A stretch of DNA of 24,837 bases from Elainellaceae cyanobacterium (GCA_051117555.1 JBNPEG010000110.1:2776-27612); one strand, 5' to 3'; shown: positions 1 to 8,629, counted from the first letter of the stretch. Numbers and translations: made by a program. Notes: generated by a model from the letters alone, not told the origin.

Positions 1-507
1 AGCAAGCTCGGCATCGTGGCGCTCAGCATTTCGTTCAATGTTTTCCTGGATTCGAGCCATCTCTAGGTCGCTCCGCTCGGCGTTCCGATTCAAGACTTCA
101 TGAATTTGAGCGATTTCTAGATTGTGCCGTTCGGCCATCTGCTCAAAGCGGGCATCGATGTGCTGCTGCCGCTCGGCCATCTGCTCAAAGCGGGTGTCAA
201 CGTGCTGCTGCCGCTTGGCCATCTGCTCAAAGCGGGTGTCAATATGCTGTTGCCGCTCGGCCATCTGCTCAAAGCGGGTGTCAATATGCTGTTGCCGCTC
301 GGCCATCTGCTCAAAGCGGGTGTCAATATGCTGTTGCCGCTCGGCCATCTGCTCAAAGCGGGTGTCAATATGCTGTTGCCGCTCGGCACTCGCCGTTCGC
401 ATGTCAGCCAATTGCTGAACGTTCCGCATCGTTAGCTCTGCGGTTTGCATGAGTAGCGCTTCAATATGGTCTAAGCGATCGCCAGTTTGCCCATTCCCTT
501 GAGTCAC
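1..507 (-). CDS. Coiled-coil tandem-repeat hypothetical protein (3'-partial, runs off window start)
   Basis: Not in the ORF track. GTG at 507 lies 1 nt after the upstream TAA, preceded by GAGGAG. Frame is open to base 1: MTQGNGQTGDRLDHIEALLMQTAELTMRNVQQLADMRTAS, six AERQQHIDTRFEQM-type units, then AERHNLEIAQIHEVLNRN-AERSDLEMARIQENIERN-AERHDAELA. Most substitutions between repeat units are synonymous or conservative in this frame. Confidence 0.8.
   Translation of the reverse strand, partial: MTQGNGQTGDRLDHIEALLMQTAELTMRNVQQLADMRTASAERQQHIDTRFEQMAERQQHIDTRFEQMAERQQHIDTRFEQMAERQQHIDTRFEQMAKRQQHVDTRFEQMAERQQHIDARFEQMAERHNLEIAQIHEVLNRNAERSDLEMARIQENIERNAERHDAELA
126..387. repeat. 42-bp tandem repeat, about 6.2 copies (coding VNTR, 14 aa per unit)
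   Basis: CCATCTGCTCAAAGCGGG recurs at 135, 177, 219, 261, 303 and 345, with no spacers. Confidence 0.97.
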
Positions 508-508
508 T

Positions 509-778
509 TTAGAACTCCTCTACTTCGATTGATACACAGGCCATCTGGAACCGACACCCTACTGCTGCGGCCAGGACAATTGCCGTATCCAGGGTGCAAC
601 TGCCTACCTCAAACGCTCGTTGAATCTGTGGCTTGCGATTTCGTACAGTCGCTTTCGGATCATCACTAAGATTACAATACTCTCGCACTATTTCTAGCAA
701 CCAATTCTCTTCGCCCCATTTGGTAATTGCACGGTCTTTAATGCGCTCCAGTACGGTTTTTCCGCTAACAATTCCCAC
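509..778 (-). CDS. Small hypothetical protein, possibly HTH-like DNA-binding
   Basis: ORF track 509..850. A GTG at 778 (MGIVSGKTVLERIK) seems the more plausible start. The segment RKPQIQRAFEVGSCTLDTAIVLAAAVGC resembles XRE-type helices. Tightly coupled to the downstream repeat gene. Confidence 0.6.
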   Translation of the reverse strand: MGIVSGKTVLERIKDRAITKWGEENWLLEIVREYCNLSDDPKATVRNRKPQIQRAFEVGSCTLDTAIVLAAAVGCRFQMACVSIEVEEF

Positions 779-848
779 AACGTTACCGCAACTCGGCTCT
801 GTTGATTGTAGCGGTAAAATTAGTGCAAATGTCATCTTTTTAGAGTGC

Positions 849-875
849 AATGCCCCTACCAGTGGCAGGGGCGTT
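849..875. terminator. Stem-loop, possible terminator
   Basis: AATGCCCCTACC-AGT-GGCAGGGGCGTT, about 20 nt past the minus-strand stop at 895. A T-rich tail is present only on the + strand, so direction is uncertain. Confidence 0.4.
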
Positions 876-894
876 TGTTTAATTTCGATTGGGC

Positions 895-1135
895 TTAAGC
901 CGCTTGGCTACTAGCGTGTAGTTCCATCATGGCGATCGCCTCCCGGCGTTCCAGCTTAAGAATTGAAAACTGGTTTCTGAGTAACTGTAGCTCAATGTCT
1001 AGCTCAGCTTTAATATCCTCTTTCTTTCGCAGTTGTGCCGTAGCTCCGATGAGATCACCATCTGTTTCCATGAGTTTCGTACGTTTCGCTTTATGTTGAG
1101 CATCATTTTTGAGGTCTTTGTCAAAGGCGATCGCC
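895..1135 (-). pseudogene. 5'-truncated conserved cyanobacterial hypothetical protein
   Basis: Frame reads AIAFDKDLKNDAQHKAKRTKLMETDGDL...LQLLRNQFSILKLERREAIAMMELHASSQAA*. The DLKNDAQ and LRNQFS.KLE motifs resemble a cyanobacterial hypothetical family recalled from memory. Upstream of the HIP1 at 1126-1135 the frame reaches a TAG with no start codon. Confidence 0.55.
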
Positions 1136-1229
1136 CTAAAGTAAGCTTTTACAGTAATAAATTTTCTCTAGAATCTAAGCTTAGAGTCGGGCGTAGCCGG
1201 ACGCTATGAGAATCTGTAGGCAACTAGAT

Positions 1230-1405
1230 TGAGCTTTTCACAATTCTTGGATAAGCTCGACTGCTGCTTCCACTATTCTTGATGGCCTTGGCAAAGTCTT
1301 TTTGGCAAAGTCTTTATTGACTGTTACTCCGTCAACACGTTCACGAGGCGTTAACGCCTGTGAGTTGCCGAATAGATCCATCTGAGAATCGGACTCGTCC
1401 GAGGG
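1230..1405 (-). pseudogene. Frameshifted remnant of a hypothetical gene
   Basis: SDSQMDLFGNSQALTPRERVDGVTVNKDFAK, then an exact 14-bp tandem duplication (TTGGCAAAGTCTTT at 1288-1301 and 1302-1315) shifts the frame. It continues AIKNSG and, after a second shift, SSRAYPRIV. Confidence 0.4.
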
Positions 1406-1539
1406 ATGGAAGCTTCGCCTTAGCGCGTACGGAAGGTTAGCGAAATACAGTGCGTGTAGGATCGCCCCTTAACAAATTTCCAATTGACAAGCTTTGCCAC
1501 ACAGAACGTATGATCTAGCAAAGTTTCAAACATCTAGCT

Positions 1540-2282
1540 ATGGCGAATGAGCTATCCAACATCGGGAGTGACTACGAGCTTCTCCTGCGAGAACTAAAAG
1601 ACTACATCCGCAACGCTCAAGTACGGGCCGCGATCGCAGTCAATTTGAAAGTCAGCTCTACAAGAGACAGGGAGGAGCCATCACCAACTTTGAACGGGCT
1701 CTCCCCAAACCTCAATCTGATCTGGCGCAGCAACTTCTTAAAGATCCCTATCATTTTGACTTTCTCAATCTAGGAGTAGAAGCTCAAGAGCGGGATTTGG
1801 AGAATGCGTTGGTCAACCATATCCGGGAGTTCTTGCTGGAATTAGGGATAGGATTTGCTTTCGTGGGAAGCCAGTATCACTTGGTGATAGGAGGCGAAGA
1901 TTTCTACATCGACCTGTTGTTCTACCATTTATGATTGCGATGCTATGTGGTGATTGATTTGGAGATGGCTGAGTTTAAGCCAGAGTATTCAGGCAAAATG
2001 AACTTTTACGTGTCAGCAGTGGACGATCTGCTACGACACCCAGATGACCAACCCACCATTGGGATAATTCTGTGCAAGTCGAAGAACAAATCCGTAGCCG
2101 AATATGCGTTACGAGATGTGAATAAGCCGATTGGGGTTTCGACTCATCGTCTGACAGAGACATTGCCAAAATCACTGCAAGGAAGTTTACCAACGGTTGA
2201 GCAACTAGAAATTGAGCTAAACACAGCCGTTGTATCAGCTCAGAAGAGACCTGATTCGACAGATCTAAAGGCATCAAATTAG
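1540..2282 (+). pseudogene. yhcG: YhcG/DUF1016 PD-(D/E)XK nuclease-family pseudogene
   Basis: N-terminus ...IRNAQVRAAIAVN jumps out of frame at about 1645 to ESQLYKRQGGAITNFERALPKPQSDLAQQLLKDPYHFDFL...FLLELGIGFAFVG...FYIDLLFYHL. TGA at 1932-1934, then LRCYVVIDL...PEYSGKMNFY...PTIGIILC...AEYAL. Confidence 0.9.
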
Positions 2283-2453
2283 AGCGATCGCTCACCAGTG
2301 TTAGATTAGAGCACAAGACAGGATGATGAGACAAGAAGGTTGGGCGATCGCCTCGTGACAGTAAAGACAAATCCCAACTGGTGAAAATCTTATCGAGCTT
2401 GTATGTTGTACAAAGCAGTAACAGGATCGTAGAACGTTGTCAGTAAGATGCAG

Positions 2454-3008
2454 CTACAGCCCAGCTTGGCGAAACACGTCTTGAGCCGTCAGCCGCAATC
2501 CAGGCAACAAGTCATCCGTCAAAAGAGAACCACCCCGATAAATTTGTGGCACCTGGTCTGGCATGAATACAGTGATACTCTGAGACTTGGGGTCAACAAT
2601 CCAGACTCTTGAAACGCCTGCGGATAGGTAATCAACCGCCTTTTCTGTCATCTCTCCAAACGACTGGTCAGGAGAAATGATTTCTACGGCAAGCTCTGGC
2701 GGTACTGGGCAGGGACCGTCTTCAACAAAGTCGTCTGGGAGACATTGATTAGAGATATAAAGTAAGTCGGGAACAGGCACCCAATCTATGCCCCTCCGTT
2801 TTAATGTTACAGACCATTCAATGCCCACTTCGCCACGGTCGCGTCCCCAGTTTTCCAATATGAATAGTAATGTCTTTTGGGTTCTTGAATGAAAGCGCTG
2901 AGGAGCCACTTTAGGAATTGCTTCTCCGTTGACTAATTCATAGGCAACATCCGTTTCTGGTAGTGACAGAAACTCGTCGAGTGTCAGATTTTGGGTGGAT
3001 TGCACCAT
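2454..3008 (-). CDS. Uma2 family (DUF820) endonuclease-like protein
   Basis: LTLDEFL, YELVNG, VPDLLY, PELAVEIISP and YLSAGVSRVWIVDP motifs; 184 aa. Confidence 0.93.
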   Translation of the reverse strand: MVQSTQNLTLDEFLSLPETDVAYELVNGEAIPKVAPQRFHSRTQKTLLFILENWGRDRGEVGIEWSVTLKRRGIDWVPVPDLLYISNQCLPDDFVEDGPCPVPPELAVEIISPDQSFGEMTEKAVDYLSAGVSRVWIVDPKSQSITVFMPDQVPQIYRGGSLLTDDLLPGLRLTAQDVFRQAGL

Positions 3009-3103
3009 TGGAAGTGCTCTTAATTGCCTATGTTTTGATTCTATGACGATTTACCGAGTTGAGACAGCCTGCCAAAAGGGCGATCGCCACATACACAAGA
3101 AAA

Positions 3104-3412
3104 CTAGGTGTCCTCGACTAATTCAGCCCGCTCTTCCAGTGCCAGATTGACCAGATCGTCTACTGAACTAAACGTGCGATCGCCTTCTGTCAATTGGATA
3201 TATATTGCGGTGTAATTCTCTAATGTGTACTGGGCACTATAGCGATTACGGGTTTTGCTTAAAAAGAAAAATAACTTTAACTTGGAGGGATCATTCATAG
3301 AGCTCGGTCGGCACACTTCAGCCCACGCCAACCTTTTGATAAGCTTACGCTTGTAGAACTGTTGTTTACCTTCCATCATTTCGCGTTTCGGATAGGGCAA
3401 AAATAGCATCAA
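3104..3412 (-). CDS. Hypothetical protein, probably 5'-truncated next to the IS remnant
   Basis: Protein-like frame extends upstream of the called TTG (CAEFIPEYPGVNRPR) into the transposase fragment. No recognisable domain. Confidence 0.35.
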   Translation of the reverse strand: MMLFLPYPKREMMEGKQQFYKRKLIKRLAWAEVCRPSSMNDPSKLKLFFFLSKTRNRYSAQYTLENYTAIYIQLTEGDRTFSSVDDLVNLALEERAELVEDT

Positions 3413-3469
3413 TCGAGGACGATTAACGCCCGGATACTCTGGAATAAATTCGGCACAAACCTTTGTTTC

Positions 3470-3647
3470 TGCTGCTCGGTAATTTGTTTGACTAGATGCG
3501 TCAAGTCGGAGGCTTTGCGCGCTTCGCTTTCGACCACTAACCAGCGTTGTTCAATCCCCGCAAACTGACGCGTCAGCCACTCTAATCTCAGATGCATTCA
3601 TACATCAAAAATACAATATTTCTATCTCAAAACCTGCGGAATGTGGG
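3470..3647 (-). mobile_element. IS1634-family remnant (left end plus internally deleted transposase)
   Basis: Minus strand begins CCCACATTCCGCA at 3647, a terminus typical of cyanobacterial IS1634. ATG at 3601 gives MNASEIRV, fused out of frame to the mid-transposase segment FAGIEQRWLVVESEARKASDL. Confidence 0.75.
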
Positions 3648-3708
3648 TTTTAAGTTTGTCTGCGCCGCACATGGGAATCCTAAAGATGGCACTTAGCAGG
3701 TACCATCA

Positions 3709-6453
3709 ATGGCTAAAAAATATCGATTCTCTTGGGATGCATTTGACGATCGCGTCGTAACTGCGATCGCCATCACCAACGGGTATTCATTCCTATTCGG
3801 CTCCGATCCACGCACATGGCTAACTACAACCTGTAGCTGCCCGGATGAATCTTTCATTCAGCGCATGAAATCAACGTTGGAGCAAAGCTGGCTACCGAGC
3901 TATCCCGGCACGCCTCAGATTGTCGAGCAACTACTAGATGCAGGCATTGGACCGATGGGTAGCCCCAAAACCCAGCATGATTGTGTCACGTATATCCGCA
4001 AGTGCCGTAACTCAAAAACACTTCGACTGCAATTGTTGGAAGCAATGCTCCGCTATGGCAGTCCGGATCGTCAGCCCGATGACGATTTTCTATCTGTCTC
4101 CACCCGTCGCGTTGCTCAATTTGCCGTCCTTGAACCTGCAAAACAAGCCGTTGATAGTCGCCAACCCCATGATTATCAAGTTGAAGCCTGGAATAAGCTA
4201 TCTGCCCACTTAGCAGAGTCTGAAGCAACCCATATTTTCCAAGGGCTTTTGGTGATGCCAACCGGATCTGGAAAAACCTTCACGACGGTTCGATGGCTCT
4301 TTCAGAATATTATTAACCGGGGCGATCGCGTCGTTTGGCTGGCACACCGGCATGAACTGTTAGAGCAAGCTGCGCGGGAATTTCACGCTCTAGCAGGTCT
4401 AGCAAACCGGATAGAAAAACTGCGCGTGCGCATCGTGTCTGGAATCCATTGCTCCCCAACTCAAATCGATCCGGCTGACCATATCCTGATCGCCTCAGTT
4501 AGCAGTTTGGCCCGTCGCCCCGACTTGATTCGTGAAATTTTGGCTGATCCAACGACATTCTTGGTGATTGATGAAGCGCATCACTCAGCTACCAAAAGCT
4601 ATACGAGCCTAATTGATTGTTTGAATACGGGCGATCGCCGCATTCTCGGTTTGACAGCAACGCCAACTCGCACGTCAGAGCGAGAGCGCGGCACCCTCGC
4701 CGCCATGTTCGGTCACCGCATTCTATATGAAGTCCCTATCAAAACCCTGATTGAGCGACAGTTTCTTTCTCGACCCTTGCCGGTGCATGTTTCAACCCAT
4801 ACCGATGTGGAAGCCGGGATATCGTTAGATGACGAGAAACACTTGGCTCGGTTCAACGAGTTGAGCGACGACTGGCTTGAACGAATTGCCACCATTCAAG
4901 AACGAAACCATTTAATTGTGAGCCACTATCTTGAGAATGCGCAAAAATATGGCAAGACACTAATTTTCGCAATCAATGTCCTACACGCTGACCTCTTAAC
5001 TGAACGCTTAAAAGATGCAGGAGTAAGAGCTGAATATATTGCCAGTGACCGTTTAGATGAGAATCGGATTAACAATCAGGACGTGATTCGTCGATTTCGG
5101 AGCAAAGACCACGACAGTTCCATTGATGTGCTGGTCAATGTGCAAATCTTGACGGAAGGAATTGATATTCCCACTATTCAAACGGTGTTCTTAACGCGAC
5201 CTACTATCAGTGAAATCTTGATGCGACAGATGGTTGGACGGGCACTACGGGGTGAAAAAGCAGGTGGGACAAAGGAAGCCTATATTGTCTCATTTGAGGA
5301 TCACTGGGAGCGCTTTCGTGAATGGCAAAGCCCCCTAACCCTGGTTCCAGATATTGTACCACTGGAGTCTAAGAGAAGTACTGATTTTGACAATTCTGAT
5401 AATTCTGATAATTCTGATAACTTTGGAAATGCTGACAATGCACAGCCACCTGATCTTTTAGAGGCTTTACCGTGGGATTTGATCCATGCGACAGCAGCCC
5501 AGATTTCAGATAGGGGGCAAGGATACGAAGCAGATATATTTGAAGCCGTTCCACATGGTTGGTACGTACTTTCCCGCGAAAACGATGACGGCGACGTCTA
5601 TCAGGTCATTGCCGTGTATGAACATCAGCATCCATCATGGGACGCACTTCTTAACCAGTTGTGGATACTTCCTGAAGCAGACCTTGATTCTATCCAAATA
5701 AACACCACCTTTGACGAATTTTTTTGCGATTGTGATTACCCACTACCTTCCCAATACGAAGTTCAAAAAGTAATTGAGCATCGATTTGCAGGGGGCGATC
5801 GCCCGGAGTATAATCGATTGCAAGAACGAGAGAGGTGTGATCCCTATCGGATTGCCGATCACATCTTGATGGAAGATTTAGGGCCTAAAGCACAGACTCG
5901 TCTCATCAATGATTGCTATACCGATCTTGCTAAAGCCATTTATCCGGGTTTGCGCGATTTTCGAGCCGCGATCGATAATGCCCTCTACGAGCGCCAGTAT
6001 CCTGACGAGATGACCCGTTTCCATCGTGCTGTTCCTATCTTCGACCCCAGACCTGACGAGATGTTGCAATCCGGCCCTTATCACAACCTAGACCGGCTAA
6101 TGGCTGAGGTGATAGAGCAGATTCCGGGATTACTAGGGCTCAATGCATCACTACTTCACCGAAGTACCATATCGTGGACAAAGCGATTAGTGAAGGGATG
6201 GTATGGACACGCACATTGGGAATCAGGTCAGTCTAATGGACACGGCTCTATCCGAATTAATCGGCTCTTGGATAGCCCGGATGTCAGTGACGATATAATT
6301 CGGTACTTGATTTGGCATGAATATCTTCATCTCTATTTACAACAAGGACATACTAATACCTTTCGAAACTACGAGCGTCGTTGGCCGACCTATCGGGAGT
6401 GCGATCGCTTTTTGAATAACCTCAATGAGCGCTTCGGTGTGCAGTTTTGGTAG
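3709..6453 (+). CDS. SF2 DEAD/DEAH helicase (ResIII-like + Helicase_C) fused to a C-terminal SprT/YgjP(DUF45)-like zinc metallopeptidase
   Basis: Helicase motifs HDYQ, MPTGSGKT, LAHRHELLEQ, DEAHH, TATP, LTEGIDIP and QMVGRALR. C-terminus IRINRLLDSPDVSDDIIRYLIWHEYLHLYLQQGHTNTFRNYE (HExxH...H). Confidence 0.88.
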   Translation: MAKKYRFSWDAFDDRVVTAIAITNGYSFLFGSDPRTWLTTTCSCPDESFIQRMKSTLEQSWLPSYPGTPQIVEQLLDAGIGPMGSPKTQHDCVTYIRKCRNSKTLRLQLLEAMLRYGSPDRQPDDDFLSVSTRRVAQFAVLEPAKQAVDSRQPHDYQVEAWNKLSAHLAESEATHIFQGLLVMPTGSGKTFTTVRWLFQNIINRGDRVVWLAHRHELLEQAAREFHALAGLANRIEKLRVRIVSGIHCSPTQIDPADHILIASVSSLARRPDLIREILADPTTFLVIDEAHHSATKSYTSLIDCLNTGDRRILGLTATPTRTSERERGTLAAMFGHRILYEVPIKTLIERQFLSRPLPVHVSTHTDVEAGISLDDEKHLARFNELSDDWLERIATIQERNHLIVSHYLENAQKYGKTLIFAINVLHADLLTERLKDAGVRAEYIASDRLDENRINNQDVIRRFRSKDHDSSIDVLVNVQILTEGIDIPTIQTVFLTRPTISEILMRQMVGRALRGEKAGGTKEAYIVSFEDHWERFREWQSPLTLVPDIVPLESKRSTDFDNSDNSDNSDNFGNADNAQPPDLLEALPWDLIHATAAQISDRGQGYEADIFEAVPHGWYVLSRENDDGDVYQVIAVYEHQHPSWDALLNQLWILPEADLDSIQINTTFDEFFCDCDYPLPSQYEVQKVIEHRFAGGDRPEYNRLQERERCDPYRIADHILMEDLGPKAQTRLINDCYTDLAKAIYPGLRDFRAAIDNALYERQYPDEMTRFHRAVPIFDPRPDEMLQSGPYHNLDRLMAEVIEQIPGLLGLNASLLHRSTISWTKRLVKGWYGHAHWESGQSNGHGSIRINRLLDSPDVSDDIIRYLIWHEYLHLYLQQGHTNTFRNYERRWPTYRECDRFLNNLNERFGVQFW
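5389..5420 (+). repeat. 9-bp tandem repeat (AATTCTGAT x3) encoding a DNSDNSDNSDN linker
   Basis: Exact copies at 5392, 5401 and 5410. Confidence 0.85.
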
Positions 6454-6480
6454 GCCGCCCAGAGTTTAGACTGGGTTGAT

Positions 6481-7479
6481 TTATTGTGAAAGACGTGCGA
6501 TTTGATGCCGCAAATTCGCCCAAAGCCCCATCGGGGCAAACCGAGCAAACAAAATAATAATCACGCCGTAAATCAGCATTCGATATTGGTCGGAGCTGCG
6601 GAGTAATTCTGGGAGTAGAGTAAACAACAGTCCTCCGAGGACGGGGCCTAACACTGTTCCCATGCCTCCACCCAGCACCATGATAATGATAGAAACCATC
6701 AGAATAAAATAGAAGACATCGGGGCTGAGGAACTGGGTGTAGTGACCATACAGCCCTCCTGCAATACCGGCAAAGAAAGTGCCGACCACAACAGAAATCA
6801 GAGCATAGATGCGAGTGTTGATTCCCAGCGATTCTGCTAGGTTTTCGGCTTCTCTCATTCCCATCAAGGATCGCCCCACGTCAGAATGAACTAGGCGAGA
6901 GATAAACAGGACAGCAACGGCGCAAACCACCGCTACAATGAGATATGACTGTTGAGCAAGTGACCAATTCCACGCTGAAAGTAGCGGTAGGTTTTGCGTG
7001 AGCACGGGCACTCCTGTTATGCCCATAGGGCCTTGGGTTAGCGACTCCCAGTTTGTAGCAATCAAGCGCATAATTTCAGCGAAGGCAATCGTTGAGATCA
7101 CGAAGTAAGCGCTCCGGAGTTTTAATAATAGGGTGCTTAGCAACCACCCCGCGATCGCCGCTGCAACACCGCCAAGAGGAATAGAAAGCCAAAGCGGCAC
7201 TGACAATTCTAATGATAGAAGTACTGAGGTATAGGCTCCAATGCCGAAAAAAGCATGATGCCCCAATGATAGTAGCCCAGAGTATCCCATGACCAAATTG
7301 AGGCTAGAGGCTAAGAGTGTATAAATCGCAGACAATACCAGTAAGTGCATGGCATAGGGAGATGTCACCACTAAAGGCGGCAGGAGAATAGCTAGCACCA
7401 CTAGCACAGCTTGCCAAGGAAGACGCCGGAGAGAATCACGGGTTAGAGCAGGAGGGATTGCTAGACGCATTGGACGCAT
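6481..7479 (-). CDS. livM: Branched-chain amino acid-type ABC transporter permease (LivM family)
   Basis: SLNLVMGYSGLLSLGHHAFFGIGAY and LGGGMGTVLGPVLG motifs; hydrophobic. Symbol is family-level only. Alternative start at 7470. Confidence 0.92.
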   Translation of the reverse strand: MRPMRLAIPPALTRDSLRRLPWQAVLVVLAILLPPLVVTSPYAMHLLVLSAIYTLLASSLNLVMGYSGLLSLGHHAFFGIGAYTSVLLSLELSVPLWLSIPLGGVAAAIAGWLLSTLLLKLRSAYFVISTIAFAEIMRLIATNWESLTQGPMGITGVPVLTQNLPLLSAWNWSLAQQSYLIVAVVCAVAVLFISRLVHSDVGRSLMGMREAENLAESLGINTRIYALISVVVGTFFAGIAGGLYGHYTQFLSPDVFYFILMVSIIIMVLGGGMGTVLGPVLGGLLFTLLPELLRSSDQYRMLIYGVIIILFARFAPMGLWANLRHQIARLSQ

Positions 7480-7530
7480 GACATGGATGGATTAGACTCG
7501 TAAACTTGATAGTCAATAATGCTCAAATAT

Positions 7531-8406
7531 TCAAGATTCAACCGATTCGGCTCGTCCAAACAATCCTTGGGGGCGAAAAAACAGAAGTGCCAACAGCAAC
7601 ACGAAGGCGATCGCATCTTTATATCCCACTGCAATGTAGGTGGCAGCTAAACTCTCGCTTAGCCCTACTACAATGGCACCTGCAATCGCTCCGGGTAAGC
7701 TACCGACGCCGCCCAAAATCACAATTGTGAATGCTTTTGGGGTTGCCAAGTCTCCCATAGAAGGCGTCATAAAAAACACCATCGAAAGAATCGCTCCCCC
7801 AGCAGCGGCTAGACCCGCACCAATAGAAAATGTTAGACCATAGGCGCGATCGACGTTCACTCCCATGAGTTGTGCCGTCTCTTGGTCTTGAAAGCAGGCT
7901 CTCAAAGCAATGCCCTCTTTCGTTTTCTTAAAGTACAGATGCAGTCCTAGAATTAGGGCGATCGCAAGAGCAGTTGCTAGCAGATGAATAGGAGCAACGT
8001 AGATTCCGGCGATTGACCATGAATCGGTGCCAATCGGGACGGGAAGACGTTTTTCAACGGGTCCCCAAAGCAACAGGGCTGCATTTTGCAAGACAAGCAT
8101 CAGTCCAATCGTCGTCACCATACGAATCAGAATGTCTCGATTCCGCAGAGGACGAAACAAAACAATATCAACGCCATAGGCAAATACCATAACCGCCAAG
8201 ATTCCCAGGGGAAACCCTACCCAAAATGGTAGCCCTAATAATGCAGTAGTCGTAAATACAAAGTAAGCTCCTAGCATGTAAAACTCGCCGTGAGCAAAAT
8301 TGACCAAATCCATCAGTCCGAAAATCAGCGTCATGCCGACTCCCATCAGCGCATAGGTGCCAGCCAAGATAATGCCGTTGACAATGACTTGTCCTAGTTC
8401 TTCCAT
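7531..8406 (-). CDS. livH: Branched-chain amino acid-type ABC transporter permease (LivH family)
   Basis: GMTLIFGLMDLVNFAHGEFYMLGAY, ILGGVGSLPGA and FRPQGLFG motifs. Start moved to ATG 8406 (MEELGQVIVNG). Symbol is family-level only. Confidence 0.92.
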   Translation of the reverse strand: MEELGQVIVNGIILAGTYALMGVGMTLIFGLMDLVNFAHGEFYMLGAYFVFTTTALLGLPFWVGFPLGILAVMVFAYGVDIVLFRPLRNRDILIRMVTTIGLMLVLQNAALLLWGPVEKRLPVPIGTDSWSIAGIYVAPIHLLATALAIALILGLHLYFKKTKEGIALRACFQDQETAQLMGVNVDRAYGLTFSIGAGLAAAGGAILSMVFFMTPSMGDLATPKAFTIVILGGVGSLPGAIAGAIVVGLSESLAATYIAVGYKDAIAFVLLLALLFFRPQGLFGRAESVES

Positions 8407-8540
8407 GGAAAGTAGCGTTATTCCAAACGAATACGTCCGATACGTAAGCAATATGGGAATGATAGATCCGGTGTAGTTCATGCGTCATGCTTGGATGAAT
8501 CTATCCATGGATGAGTCCAGTGGTCTATCATTTCCTGCTA

Positions 8541-8628
8541 TATAGCGATCCTAAATCGCTTGTAAATTGTGTGTAAGAGGTGGGGCGGGCGCCGCCCGCC
8601 CCACCTCTTACAACCCGGGATTGCTATA
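8541..8628. mobile_element. 88-bp MITE-like element with IS630-like TA-bounded ends and an internal long hairpin
   Basis: Left end TATAGCGATCC, right end GGATTGCTATA (10/11 inverted match). Perfect 20-bp inverted arms at 8572-8591 and 8593-8612. Ends 1 nt from the stop codon of the binding-protein gene. Confidence 0.7.
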
Positions 8629-8629
8629 A

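Noticed and set aside
126..387. 42-bp repeat as a CRISPR array
   Set aside because: Head-to-tail units with no spacers, a length that is a multiple of 3 inside a coding frame, and no cas genes.
117..435. ORFs 117..389(-), 122..418(+) and 124..435(+) in the track
   Set aside because: They are open only because the 42-bp repeat lacks stop codons. The minus frame starting at 507 has an RBS, translational coupling and protein-like flanks.
1225..1445. Several hairpins (e.g. TCACGAGGCGTTAACGCCTGTGA) suggesting a structured ncRNA
   Set aside because: The minus strand reads as a frameshifted protein remnant, and no promoter-terminator pair or second copy supports an RNA. Not fully excluded.
3409..3597. 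62-aa ORF as a real gene
   Set aside because: It is a chimera of an IS1634 transposase fragment and out-of-frame sequence from the neighbouring gene.
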